Shown here one piece after another: positions 1 to 9,785 of a stretch of DNA of 35,500 nucleotides (position 1 is the stretch's first letter; every line of letters begins with the position of its first letter). The position numbers and the translations under genes are program-made. The notes beneath the pieces were generated by a model that was not told the origin of the DNA, made no database searches, and was given only the letters and a program-made list of their open reading frames with translations. The stretch lies in contig JWZX01003038.1 in the NCBI GenBank assembly GCA_001275005.1, positions 1 to 35,500 of the forward strand, read 5' to 3'. The stretch comes from Chrysochromulina tobinii. Its lineage: Eukaryota.

Positions 1-405
1 GGCGGCGGGGGCGGGGGCAGCATGGCCGCCGCATCGGCATTGGACGCGGCGCTCGACGCGGCGCTCTCTCGCCGCTCGGCGGTGGCGGACAGCTCACCGG
101 GCGCCGCAGCGGCCGAAAATGCCCTGGCCTTCGGCCGTTTCTCACCGCGGGCGACCTCATCGTCCCGCCCGTGGGCCTCGTTGCGTGCGCTGCCCTTGTG
201 CCGTTGCCCGCGGCGGCGCCCCCTACCCTCGTCCTCGGCTGCGTGCTTGCGGCCACTCTCATGGCGCCGCGCCTCCTTGGCAGCCGCCGCCTTGCGCTTG
301 CGCCGGCGCCGCTCAGCGCTGCCCGTGCTGCTCGAGCTCGAACTACTGTCGCTGCTGATACTTCCGCTGCTGCTGCTGCTGCTGCTGTCGCTGTCGCTGT
401 CGTCA

Positions 406-438
<33 letters not shown>

Positions 439-890
439 TCGCTGTCGTCACTGTCGCTGCTGCTGCTGCTGCTGCTGCTCTCAGGCTTACGCTTCGTCTG
501 CACCTTTTTGCTTCTCGCCGCGTCCGCCTTGAGCACCTTGGCTCCCTCCTCCTTGGCCATGGGAGGTGCAGGAGCCGCCTCTCCACGCGGAGGTGATGGT
601 GCCCAGATGAAAGGGATCGGCCGACGGAAGCGCTCCTCGCGTCGCTGCCGCAAAATATCCTGCTGCCGGCTGTCGCGCTCCGCCTTCTCCTTGTCGTCCA
701 GGTCTGCCCAGCGACGCTGGTCGTACTGCGGATTGCGCGGGCGGTGCACGTCGTCGCCAGGCCGGCGCTCGAGTGCTTCAAGCCGGTTGCGCTGCTGGTC
801 AGGCGCGTCGGTTCGGCGCTCCGGCGAGAAGGAGCGCTCGCGGCGGTCTTCAACCTCGCGTCCGTACTCGTCACGGCGCTCCTCCGCCAT
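1..890 (-). CDS. 5' part of an Arg/Glu- and Ser/Asp-rich nuclear protein, possibly NKAP/UPF0396-like; runs off the window edge
   Basis: My own minus-strand translation from the ATG at 890 gives MAEERRDEYGREVEDRRERSFSPERR...ILRQRREERFRRPIPFIWAPSPPRGE...KPESSSSSSSDSDDSDS...ERRRRKRKAAAAKEARR, open to position 1. The order RREER-W-SP, Ser/Asp tract, basic tract recalls NKAP N-termini. The diagnostic C-terminal domain would lie outside the window. Confidence 0.6.
343..480 (-). repeat. (AGC)n/(AGCGAC)n coding microsatellite (poly-Ser/Asp)
   Basis: Runs of gctgct and gtcgct on the + strand. Confidence 0.9.
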
Positions 891-923
891 CGTAGAGACG
901 TGCGTCACGATCCCAGAATTATG

Positions 924-984
924 AATTCACAGCCAATGTTTATAATTCGACACCCAAGACACCTAAATTCACAGCCAATGTTTA
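924..984 (+). promoter_or_regulatory. Duplicated 19-bp CCAAT-containing element upstream of the NKAP-like start
   Basis: aattcacagccaatgttta occurs at 924-942 and 966-984. Confidence 0.45.
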
Positions 985-1343
985 ACCCGGACCGGGGCGT
1001 ACATACGTGTGCGGTTACAACTGGCTCGGGGACCCCTGGACCCCCTTATCACAGCCATACTCGATCAGCCGCCGGGCCGGGCCGCTGATCGCTTCGCTTA
1101 GCCCCGCCCGGTCGCGGCGTTTAAGCGCGTCTTGACTTAGACTTTTCGCGCCTCATGCCCCACCAGGCGAGGCGCCGCTTGCACACATTGAGCGCGCAGC
1201 TGTACTGTGTCGACCCGTTTTATCTTTTAACACAGACACCGACACACACGCACAGCCCGGCTTCAAGGCGTTGCGCCAACGGGACCCTTTTCGTTCACTT
1301 TTCTCTCTCTCTCTCTCCCCTGGCTCGCTCGCATCGCTCTCGA

Positions 1344-3834
1344 TCAGCGAACAAAAAGGTTCCTCCCAGCTAAAGCTACATCTGTAGGGCCCGTGGAGTC
1401 GTACACGTGCCGCGAAGTCGCCAGGTATTGCTCCGAAACCAAATCGATCGCAGGCCACGGCTTGGCCTGCTGCGGCGCCAATCGCATCGTCATCGTCATT
1501 GGCTGCACCGGCTCCACCTGCACGTGAATCGTCGGGTGGAAGCCTCCCGCGACGCCAGCGGTCGCCAGCCTTGGCAGGGGAAGGCGTCCGGTCGACATCG
1601 ATGGCCGAAGCCTTTCGCCAGGCGGCGTCATCGCGCCAGGCAGCCTCAGGCCGGGACGGTTAAGTGCCTCATACCCCGCATGAGGCACCTGCAGGTGCTG
1701 GTGTGAGACCGACGCGCGGGGCAACCTCAGCCGCTCGTACAGACCATCAGTGGCGGCCGTGCGCATTCGCTCTTTCGCAAGCTCCCGCGTTCGGTGCCCA
1801 ATGATGTTCTGCAAATGTTGGCGAGCCTCCTCTTCAAACACGTCAACGGCGACCCGCGAGTGCTCGCGCACAACCTTGGCCGTCTTCTTGCGGTACGCTG
1901 TCTCAAATCTGGCGAGTTGCGGGTTGTTAAAGACGATGCATTTAGCGCGTTCCGTGAGTTCCTGCTTTTCTTTGAAGAACTGTTCTTTTCGAGCGCGTCT
2001 TATGAGTCCTTCAAAGTCTAGACGTCCCACGCGATTCACGTCGAGACTATCAAAGATAGCGTCGACGATTTGCGCCCGCGCCTTTTTTGCGCCCAGGAGC
2101 TGAACGGCGAGTCGATTCAAAGAGGGCTTGTCGATGAACGTCGTCTGCCCAGTCTGTTCCAGCATGTCGTCGAGAAGAAATGCACGGGTTTTCGACGCTA
2201 TGGCGTCGAACAGCCCATTGCGCATCTTCATGACATTCGATGGAGCTACATTGATGAATTCCTGCAGCGTGTCGTTCATTTCCAGCTACAAAAGCTTGAA
2301 ATATGTGTTGTGCTGCGCAAGCTTGCGATGCGTGAGATGTTGCGTGCGCGCCCGCGAAAGAGCTTCGACGCGGTCGTGCCCGAGTGTGACTCCGTTACAC
2401 CTTACACGGTGCGACATAAAAAGAAACCGAAACCGCTCCTCTAAGTTTGGCAACAAGCGTGGGTCGTCATAGGGTCGTCCTGGCTCAGCCCATACAATGT
2501 AAAAAGACGGGTCCACGACACACAGGCGTCTCCGACAGTCCAGAAGCTATAAGATACACAAGTTCATCACATCAACGTTCAACCTCAAGAAGTACTCAAA
2601 GGGTCCGAGCGTGCGGCTCCTCATCCGACTGCACGCGCGGTCCTTCCGATCGTGACACCAATCTGGCGTGTTTCTCCTGGTGCTTGCCCTTCAGGAAGGC
2701 GGGCAGCTTCTCAACCTCCCACTCTGCCGGAACACCTGCGGCGGCGGAATCGCATCGTAATATTGGACCTTCTCGAAATGAAATCTCGGCGGTGCTCAGC
2801 TTATCATAGCTACTCAACCGCCTGGCACAGGTCGTACTTTAGGTCGCACTAGTCGTGGCCGGCCGCGCAGGTGGAAGCGCATGCCACGTCGGAGTGGTCG
2901 CATGCGAAGCCAGCTGGGTGGAATCCCTGGTCGGGCACGACGTTTCTTTCCTGCAGCACAGGTTCTACTTGCGGTGGAGCCTCGGCGTAAGCCTCGGCGA
3001 GTCGGAACTTAGACCGACGGATCACCGACACCGTAGGCTGCACCGTTGGCTCGTCAACAGGCAAGAAGGTGCCTTGGACATTGGCTTCGCGCAAGTTGCC
3101 ACGATGCTCTTGGCCTTCAAGCCAAGTCGCAATTTTGCTGTGTCCAAAGATGCGAGCGTAGTCTTTAGCAGTGTAGCCGCTCCGGCTCTTGAGTGTGAGC
3201 GAAGCGCCCGCAGAGAAGAGCATCTGCGCTATGTCCATGTGTCCCCCCGCTGCGGCCATCATGAGTGCCGTACCACCGAACATGATGAGCTTGGGGTTGG
3301 AGGGTTGATTGAGAGCATTATGAACAGATAACATCACGAACTGGTTGTCAGGCAGGGCCTGGGACGACGGATCTATCGGGACACCGCGAGGTGGCCAGCT
3401 GTATCTCGAACGCACGTACCCCTACCGGTATCGCTGGGCGCGCCCGCCGATCTAATTAACAAGGCCGGATTTGGGTGGGTGGTTGCATGAAACTACCTCG
3501 CCTTGGTGATTTGGGGCGCGTCGTTCTGGTGTATCGCTTCGAGTGACTCGAAGCGAGGGTAGGAGTCCCGGGGGCGTAGTGTAGGGAGGGTGGAGACGTA
3601 TCAGAACAGCTCTGATGCATCAACATCAGCACCAAAGTCGAGGAGCACTAGCACGCACTCTTCGTGGCCATGTTTGCTTGCAACCATGAGAGGCGTGTTT
3701 CCCTTTCTGTCGATCCAGTCGATCCTGTTCGCATCCGACTTCGAACGCCTCTCTCCGTACCCTCCACTCGCACTGAGCAATTCAAACGCGACTTTGGCAT
3801 CGCCGCTCTTGCACGCCTCGACGAGTGCGCTCAT
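1344..3834 (-). pseudogene. Disrupted ankyrin-repeat / ZZ-like / EF-hand gene
   Basis: ATG at 3834 (MSALVEACKSG). Ankyrin repeats GNTPLMVASKHGHEECVLVLLDFGADVDA, GGTALMMAAAGGHMDIAQMLFSAGA and GYTAKDYA. A frameshifted HPAGFACDHS/GMRFHLRG/YDLCQA/YDKL motif follows. In-frame TAGs occur at ~2547-2549 and 2286-2288. An EF-hand-like IFDSLDVNRVGRLDF lies in ORF 1344-2279. Confidence 0.65.
3283..3603. mobile_element. Solo-LTR-like insertion (321 bp, TGAT...ATCA) with 5-bp TSD GAACA
   Basis: GAACA at 3278-3282 and 3604-3608, with TG...CA termini inside. Removing the insert and one TSD copy restores the in-frame ankyrin GADVDASELF-GGTALMMAA. Confidence 0.8.
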
Positions 3835-4300
3835 CGAGACGGCCTGGTAAAAAGTTATTGAGAAAAAAAAGGTGCTCAATGCATGCTCTGTCTGTCACCG
3901 GCGCCGCTCACTCTTTATACTCTCTCTCTCTCGACCTGTTGACTCGCTCTGACTCCGCCAGACTGCGCTCGACGCGAGCTGTCGCGGTGATAAGTGTGTA
4001 GAGGTGTGGCTGTGGGCGACGGGCCTTTAGAACTCTCAGCCCGAACTCGAGAGAGCGACGAAACAATCGCCGGACACGGTGGACGGTGTGGGGAGTTCTC
4101 GGGGCCGCGGGCCAGAGAGACTCAAATCGACCACCCGCGTCGTCGACAGATCAACACAACCGATAATGATTAGCAGTCGTTTAACCGTCGCGTCTAAACT
4201 CAGTGAACCGTTCGGCGAAGGTGCTGCCTGCTGGGTCTCACAGCCGCCTCTACTTCCAAAGATCCAATGATTCTAAAGCACTATACGCTCTACTAGATTG

Positions 4301-5356
4301 TCAGCAAACGGGCTCCACGCGGAGCCACTGCGATGACTGTCCAAGCCTTAGCATGCCCAACGGCCACGGGGCGCTCTTGCAGCAGGTGCCAGCGCATGTG
4401 TGCCGTATCGAGGTGGAAGAGTCGGCCGAAGTGTTTGAGCACCATTTCTGCAACCTTAGATGTCCGTACGTCGTGGTCGCGGCAGCGCGCTGCCGCGCTG
4501 CAAGTGGGCAGGACTCACTGTCCTCCGGACATTGTCGCGGCCCTGGGGGCACGGTGCCGACCAGGCCAGTGCAGTCGCAGGCGCGCAGGTTCGGCGGCCA
4601 GCCTCGCCGCATTCTTGGGGAGACCGGGCAACCGCCCGAATGGTTGTGCAGCGAGAAGACTTCGTGCATGACCATCCGAAAGCAGCATGCGCCATCGATA
4701 TGATTCTCGAACGTAATGCTGTCAAAGGAGCCGGCGAGCCGTCGTCTGGCTTCTTCGAATAATGGTGGCTTCGTCTCCCCTACGCGCCTATGATAGCCTG
4801 TGTAGTTGATGAAGTAGGCCAAGTCGACCGTATCGGAGCACACCAGCGTCCTGCCGGCGTCATACCAAAGTCCACTGCCAGGTGCATGATACATCCACAG
4901 CTGATTGGTCCAGACCCCCTTATGTTGGATATCTCTTGATACAGCCGGTAGATGCATCACTTCAATCCAACCCAATTTCTCCCTGGCTGGCTTGCACGGT
5001 TGCCGACAATGACGAGCTTCAGCAGGACCCTTGCATGGATGAAGAGAGCCACCCGCGTTGATGTACCGTCCATACGGAGTGTTGCTTGTGCTCGCCTGGC
5101 TCCGGTAGCGGACCCAGACCGCGCTCATGAGCTTCTTCTTGTACACGGCCTCATCTCGCAGCATGCACTTGGCAACGTCGGACATGTTGTGGCTCGGCGT
5201 CAAAAAATATGGGAAAACCACTTGCAGTGCGCTCCAATTCAACGTATGGACGCCCGGTTCTCCGTACACGGCGCTCACGTACGCGGCTGTAGATTTTTCA
5301 GATCGGTCGAAACAAGACCACCAAGACCTGTGGAGCGTCTCGTCGCGTCCGGCCAT
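4301..5356 (-). CDS. Hypothetical protein, Trp/Cys/His-rich (WMYHAPGSGLWYDAGRTL motif)
   Basis: ORF of ~350 aa with globular composition; ATG at 5356. The C-terminal extent is uncertain. Confidence 0.65.
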   Translation of the reverse strand: MAGRDETLHRSWWSCFDRSEKSTAAYVSAVYGEPGVHTLNWSALQVVFPYFLTPSHNMSDVAKCMLRDEAVYKKKLMSAVWVRYRSQASTSNTPYGRYINAGGSLHPCKGPAEARHCRQPCKPAREKLGWIEVMHLPAVSRDIQHKGVWTNQLWMYHAPGSGLWYDAGRTLVCSDTVDLAYFINYTGYHRRVGETKPPLFEEARRRLAGSFDSITFENHIDGACCFRMVMHEVFSLHNHSGGCPVSPRMRRGWPPNLRACDCTGLVGTVPPGPRQCPEDSESCPLAARQRAAATTTYGHLRLQKWCSNTSADSSTSIRHTCAGTCCKSAPWPLGMLRLGQSSQWLRVEPVC

Positions 5357-5605
5357 CGGTGGCGCAACACACACCGAGGATTAATGGACGTGCGTCGCCG
5401 TGGCGCGCGACGACGCGCGCGGTGCGCGCGAATTCGCGTTGCGTCTCAAAGTTATAGTCCGTGTTCCTCTTCTTTTTTTTCTCACATCTGTCCGTCAGTG
5501 TCTGTCACCGTGCTCATTTGTGGAACAGTGCTTCAACTCTTCAAAATGCATCTATTTTTCGAGCGGCCAAACTAAAAACTTTTTTCGTAAAACCGACGAC
5601 TCTCT

Positions 5606-6256
5606 ATGCCGGTCCGCTACAGTGCCGAGGCGCTCGCGGAGGCTCAGGTGGCGAATGAGATCCCCTTTGGCGCCGCTCCGCACCATGTGACGAAGGAGCT
5701 GATGTTCTTCGATCCGCTCGTTGGCGGCTGGGCCTCCGTCGATGCTCACAAGAGCACGCACCGTGCTAAGAGCCCGGCAAAGCCCAACCCGAACTACATC
5801 CCGCCCCCGAACGGCGTGCCGCGGCTGCGCGACAAACACATCGAGAGGCCGCACTATGGCACATTTGGGCTAGACATGAAGAAGGAGATCGAACTGGGCC
5901 TGGCTCCCGCCGACTGGTCGGTCACATCTGCGATGAACGACCCACGGCCCTTAGGAAGGCCAGTCTTCGACGCACGCTTCGTCGAGGCCCCGATGGGACG
6001 CGCACGCGGAGGTCGCAACATGGCCTGGACGCCCGTTGGCACCGCCGACGCCGGTTTGACCACCAAGGCGGAGAACATCGACATCGTGGCGGCCATGCGC
6101 GACATAGCCGACACCTTCCAGGATGCGGCCGAGGACGCAGGCCTCAACATGGGCTCCGCACACATGGCGGGCGGGAGATTGTTCAAGGAGGCGGAGCACG
6201 TTCGCGACGCTCAGCTCGTACTGGCCGCTGGATCCAGGAAGAGTGACAAGTACTAA
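5606..6256 (+). CDS. Hypothetical protein (216 aa)
   Basis: Strong GC3 codon bias, AT-rich upstream region, divergent from the previous gene. Confidence 0.75.
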   Translation: MPVRYSAEALAEAQVANEIPFGAAPHHVTKELMFFDPLVGGWASVDAHKSTHRAKSPAKPNPNYIPPPNGVPRLRDKHIERPHYGTFGLDMKKEIELGLAPADWSVTSAMNDPRPLGRPVFDARFVEAPMGRARGGRNMAWTPVGTADAGLTTKAENIDIVAAMRDIADTFQDAAEDAGLNMGSAHMAGGRLFKEAEHVRDAQLVLAAGSRKSDKY

Positions 6257-7027
6257 GCCGCGCAGCACGTCATGGCCGAAGGCGTGGGCCCGCGCCGACA
6301 CACAGCCGCGCTGTGAAGATCACTGCGCGATCCTTTTAGCTCTCGGTGGACGAGTGCAGCGCGGTTCTTGTCAGTTGCGTTTGAATGCGTGAATGTGTTT
6401 GCATCTGTACTCTACTGTGTGCCCCGTGGTGTGTGATCATCTTCGTATTGACGTGACATATCTAATTATGAAGCTCAAGCCCGCGCAATGGCCCTCAACC
6501 CTGACGCGCACCCTCGGAGCTCGCGGCTGCCCGGTTCTGCCCGGACGAGCTGCCGAGCTGGTCCACATTGCGCACGTTTACGAGAACCTGGTACCTGCTT
6601 GTGCTAATAAAAATTCCTCGAAGCAACGCCTCGCGCTCTCTCACTCCCGTCCCCGCGGCGGGACGGGGGGACGGAGGTCGGAGCGCACGCGGCCGTGTGG
6701 CCTTCAGTTTTCTCGTCACAGCTCACACGTCAGTTCGTGCCTGCGCCTAGTTCCTACGTGCTACGAGCTCTACGTCCGACTCCGAGTTTAGAGTTTTATT
6801 ACAAATACTCTCTCTCTCTCCGTCGATCTCTCCGAGAGGTGCGTCTATACGCGACTAAGTCTGCTACTCTGCCGGGGGCACCTACACCCCGCGCCTGGCC
6901 AGTGAGTTCATCATGCTTGACGTCATCTCATCTGTGATCATCCGCCCCTCCGACGCTATTTGCCATGCTAATTGCTCACCGGGGCTTCGACTGGGCCGGC
7001 ATGGCTGTGTGGCGCCGTGCCGGGCGT

Positions 7028-8392
7028 TCACGCCGAGAGCTCGTTGTAGCTGTCGACCGCCTCGAGGAATTTGGTGCACGCGACATTACCCTCGCTCGAG
7101 CCGCAGCAGCATTGGAACAGGGTCCGAGCCTCATCTTCCGTCAGTGCTGTGGCATCCTCCACGGCTAAGTCCGGAGAGTCTATGCCCGGGTCGAAGCACA
7201 CAAGATCGCGGAAGCTGAGCCACGCGAGACTCCCACCATCCTGCCTGCGCAGCCGATCGAGAGCTCGGCCTAGGCCATCCGGTTTCGAGGAGATCCCATA
7301 CAGCCGCCGCGCCTCGGCGAGATTCGCGAGATCCAGATTCGCGAGATCCAGACCAGTGGCCCCCGGCGCAGAATGTGCGCCCTTGTCGATCTTGCCAGCG
7401 CCCTCGCCTACGCTCGAGCCCGGCAGCGATTGAGGTAGCACCAGCCCAACTCCTGCGTGACCTAGCTCTACCATCACCGTGAGGAATTTGTCGAACTTGA
7501 CGGTGCTGCCCAAACCGCCGAGCTTGGCGAAGAGGACGGCGAAGCTTTCCTCGGCAATGGCGGCGCCGCAGTCTTTGCAGAGCTGCTTGAGCTTGTGGCC
7601 CACTGGGAGCGTCTCGTCTCCCCACGATTTACCCAGCATCGCCTCCCACGCAGCTGTGAACTGCTGCACCTGCTTCTGGGCCTCCGCCGTCTGGGCCGCG
7701 AGCTTGGCAGCCTCACTGAGGGCGATCCGCATGGCTACGACCAACGCGGCTGCCTTGAGAGCCTTCGCAGGTCCCTTGGCCGCCTTGTTTGCTGCTTTTT
7801 CCTTCGCCTTCGCTGCATACTTTCCTGGAGCCTCGTTCGGCAGCGAGTCCGCCCCTTTGAGGGCGGCGGCCGCCTTCGCTGCCAGCTGCCGCGCCTCGGC
7901 CACCGCCTTGGCGGCGTGCTTTGCCGCCTCCTGTGACGCCACCGCCGACGACTCGGCCAGTTGCGCAGCCTGCAGGAATGAAGAGTGCGCCGTAGATGCT
8001 GCCGCTTCCTTTTCGGCCCTTCGCTTAGCTCGCGACGGGTGCCGAACATTCGCCTGCTGCACACCCATCACGAACGACGCCGTCATTTTGGGCGGCGGCT
8101 TCGCCCTGGTCGTCTTTTTGAACTTGGCGTGCTTGGAGGGCTTCACGTTCTCATCACAGTCCTCGAAAGCCTCCTTTATCTGCACCTTTTTGGCTGATCC
8201 AGCAGTGGGAGAACTCTTTGCTGGCGAGAGCGAACTCTTCGTTGGCTCTCGCTTCAGGGCGTTCCGACCGGCGTCTTGAGCGACATTGGGGTCGCGCGGC
8301 CGCAATGGTCCGCCGGCACCGGCAGCAGCGGGCTCCGGGCGGGCTGTGGCGGCACGCCGCTTGGCCGGCTGCGCGTGGCTGGTCGCTGGCAT
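7028..8392 (-). CDS. Lys/Ala-rich protein with C-terminal p25-alpha(TPPP)/EF-hand-like helical region
   Basis: 454-aa ORF. KLKQLCKDCG...FAVLFAKLGG...TVKFDKFLTVMVELG resembles the p25-alpha/EF-hand-like pattern (low certainty on the domain). Confidence 0.7.
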   Translation of the reverse strand: MPATSHAQPAKRRAATARPEPAAAGAGGPLRPRDPNVAQDAGRNALKREPTKSSLSPAKSSPTAGSAKKVQIKEAFEDCDENVKPSKHAKFKKTTRAKPPPKMTASFVMGVQQANVRHPSRAKRRAEKEAAASTAHSSFLQAAQLAESSAVASQEAAKHAAKAVAEARQLAAKAAAALKGADSLPNEAPGKYAAKAKEKAANKAAKGPAKALKAAALVVAMRIALSEAAKLAAQTAEAQKQVQQFTAAWEAMLGKSWGDETLPVGHKLKQLCKDCGAAIAEESFAVLFAKLGGLGSTVKFDKFLTVMVELGHAGVGLVLPQSLPGSSVGEGAGKIDKGAHSAPGATGLDLANLDLANLAEARRLYGISSKPDGLGRALDRLRRQDGGSLAWLSFRDLVCFDPGIDSPDLAVEDATALTEDEARTLFQCCCGSSEGNVACTKFLEAVDSYNELSA

Positions 8393-8595
8393 GATGCCGA
8401 AGGCGGCGAAGAGCTCACCGCGGACTGCAAAGATTTGAGTGCGTCGGAGCGAGCGAGAGTGATCGGCTTTTCCGAAAAAGAGTGAAACTTGTCCAGAAGA
8501 GCAAGCGTCGTGTGAGCGGGTCGAGTGCAGTGTGTCTTTTCGTGCTCAAAACGACGCAACAAACGGTAAACGGCGCCACGGCGTCCTTGGCATCC

Positions 8596-9468
8596 ATGGC
8601 CGATGCCAGCAGCGAGAGTGGGTCGGAGGAGGCACCCGGTGAGGATCAGTCCGATGTGGATGAAGAGGCCAAGGGCGAGGTGGAACTCACCGCCGAAGGC
8701 GAGTGGGGCAGCAAACAGAATGACAACTTCGAGGCGATGATGACTGCGCGCATGAACGCCGTCTACGAACAGGAGGACGTCGTACAGATGCACCCGAGCG
8801 CACGCAATACCGGCTCCAAGTACGCGGAAGTTCGTGCGCAGCCGCTCGCGCCGCAGAACGGCTTCTATGACGAGCGCTATGTGTGCGCGACGAGGCCGGC
8901 GGGTGACATGGACGAGGACACGGACTTTGAGTTCATGAAGGGCTCCGAGGACGACGGCGTTGTGCCGCCCGAGCGCGTGACGTTCGCGTTCAAGGGTGTG
9001 CAGGACTACACTCTCGAGATGATCGCGCGCTTTCTCGACGAGACTAACCAGGACCACGGCGACACAATCAAGCGGTGGCGTCAACAGGGCAAGGGCATCA
9101 AGAAGCTCTGGCTCAACGACAACCCGATCACCGCCGCGGGCGTGGCGTTTCTGGCGGCGGCACTCCAAAACAATTCGACACTCGAGGAGCTGTACCTGCA
9201 CTACACCAACTGCAATGACGTGGGCCTCGGCCACCTTCTCGAGATGCTCGGCAAGAACAAGACGCTCAAGAAGCTCGAACTCGGCAACAGTGGCATCACC
9301 GAGAAAGGTGCTGGGGCGATTGTCAAGGCGTTCAGCAAGGGCGGCTCGTGCCAGAAGAACTCGACGCTCGAGCACATGGGCCTCTTTGGCAACGCCGACT
9401 CGATCGATAACGACTTGCCGGTCATTGCAGATCTGTTGGAGAAGGAATCGCGTGATTCGCGCAAGTAG
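8596..9468 (+). CDS. RNI-like leucine-rich repeat protein with acidic N-terminus
   Basis: KKLWLNDNPITAAGVAFLAAALQNNSTLEELYLHYTNCNDVGLGHLLEMLGKNKTLKKLELGNSGITEKGAGAI, 28-aa RNI/NLRC3-type repeats; ATG at 8596. Confidence 0.88.
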   Translation: MADASSESGSEEAPGEDQSDVDEEAKGEVELTAEGEWGSKQNDNFEAMMTARMNAVYEQEDVVQMHPSARNTGSKYAEVRAQPLAPQNGFYDERYVCATRPAGDMDEDTDFEFMKGSEDDGVVPPERVTFAFKGVQDYTLEMIARFLDETNQDHGDTIKRWRQQGKGIKKLWLNDNPITAAGVAFLAAALQNNSTLEELYLHYTNCNDVGLGHLLEMLGKNKTLKKLELGNSGITEKGAGAIVKAFSKGGSCQKNSTLEHMGLFGNADSIDNDLPVIADLLEKESRDSRK

Positions 9469-9785
9469 CGCAATGAAACGAAGTAGCGAACAAGCGCCCG
9501 AACGACGCAAGTATAATCCCGATAGACTGATCATCCCGCGAGCCGCGCCGCCCGTTCGCAATTTACAAAATTAGACTAAACATGAATGATAGTGGCCTGG
9601 TGCCTAGAAAGGTGTGCACTCTCTGATATTGCTCTCCGTCGCACCCGCTAAGCGGCTAACGTAAGGCCGGCCGGGCGTGTACAGAGCTCGTTGAGGCCGG
9701 CCTCCTTTGAGCTTGCTTGAGCTTTGCGTGTGACCGTCGTTCGGTGTGAATTGTAACTTGATTTAATGGAGGCTGAAAGGAGTCG

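Noticed and set aside
22..924. 300-aa + strand ORF with a poly-Leu 'membrane' stretch
   Set aside because: It is the antisense shadow of the Ser/Asp microsatellite in the minus-strand gene.
2286..2549. TAG reassigned to Gln (alternative genetic code)
   Set aside because: Other genes here appear to end at TAG (9468, 25976), and long conserved genes have no internal TAG. The stops are confined to a locus that also has frameshifts.
3601..3603. TGA as selenocysteine in the ankyrin ORF
   Set aside because: The TGA is the terminus of the insertion, and the ankyrin sequence resumes only after the second TSD.
8254..9561. Long antisense or overlapping ORFs (also 13764-14843, 15525-16985, 17320-19163 and others)
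   Set aside because: These are expected shadows of high-GC3 genes and have no recognisable motifs.
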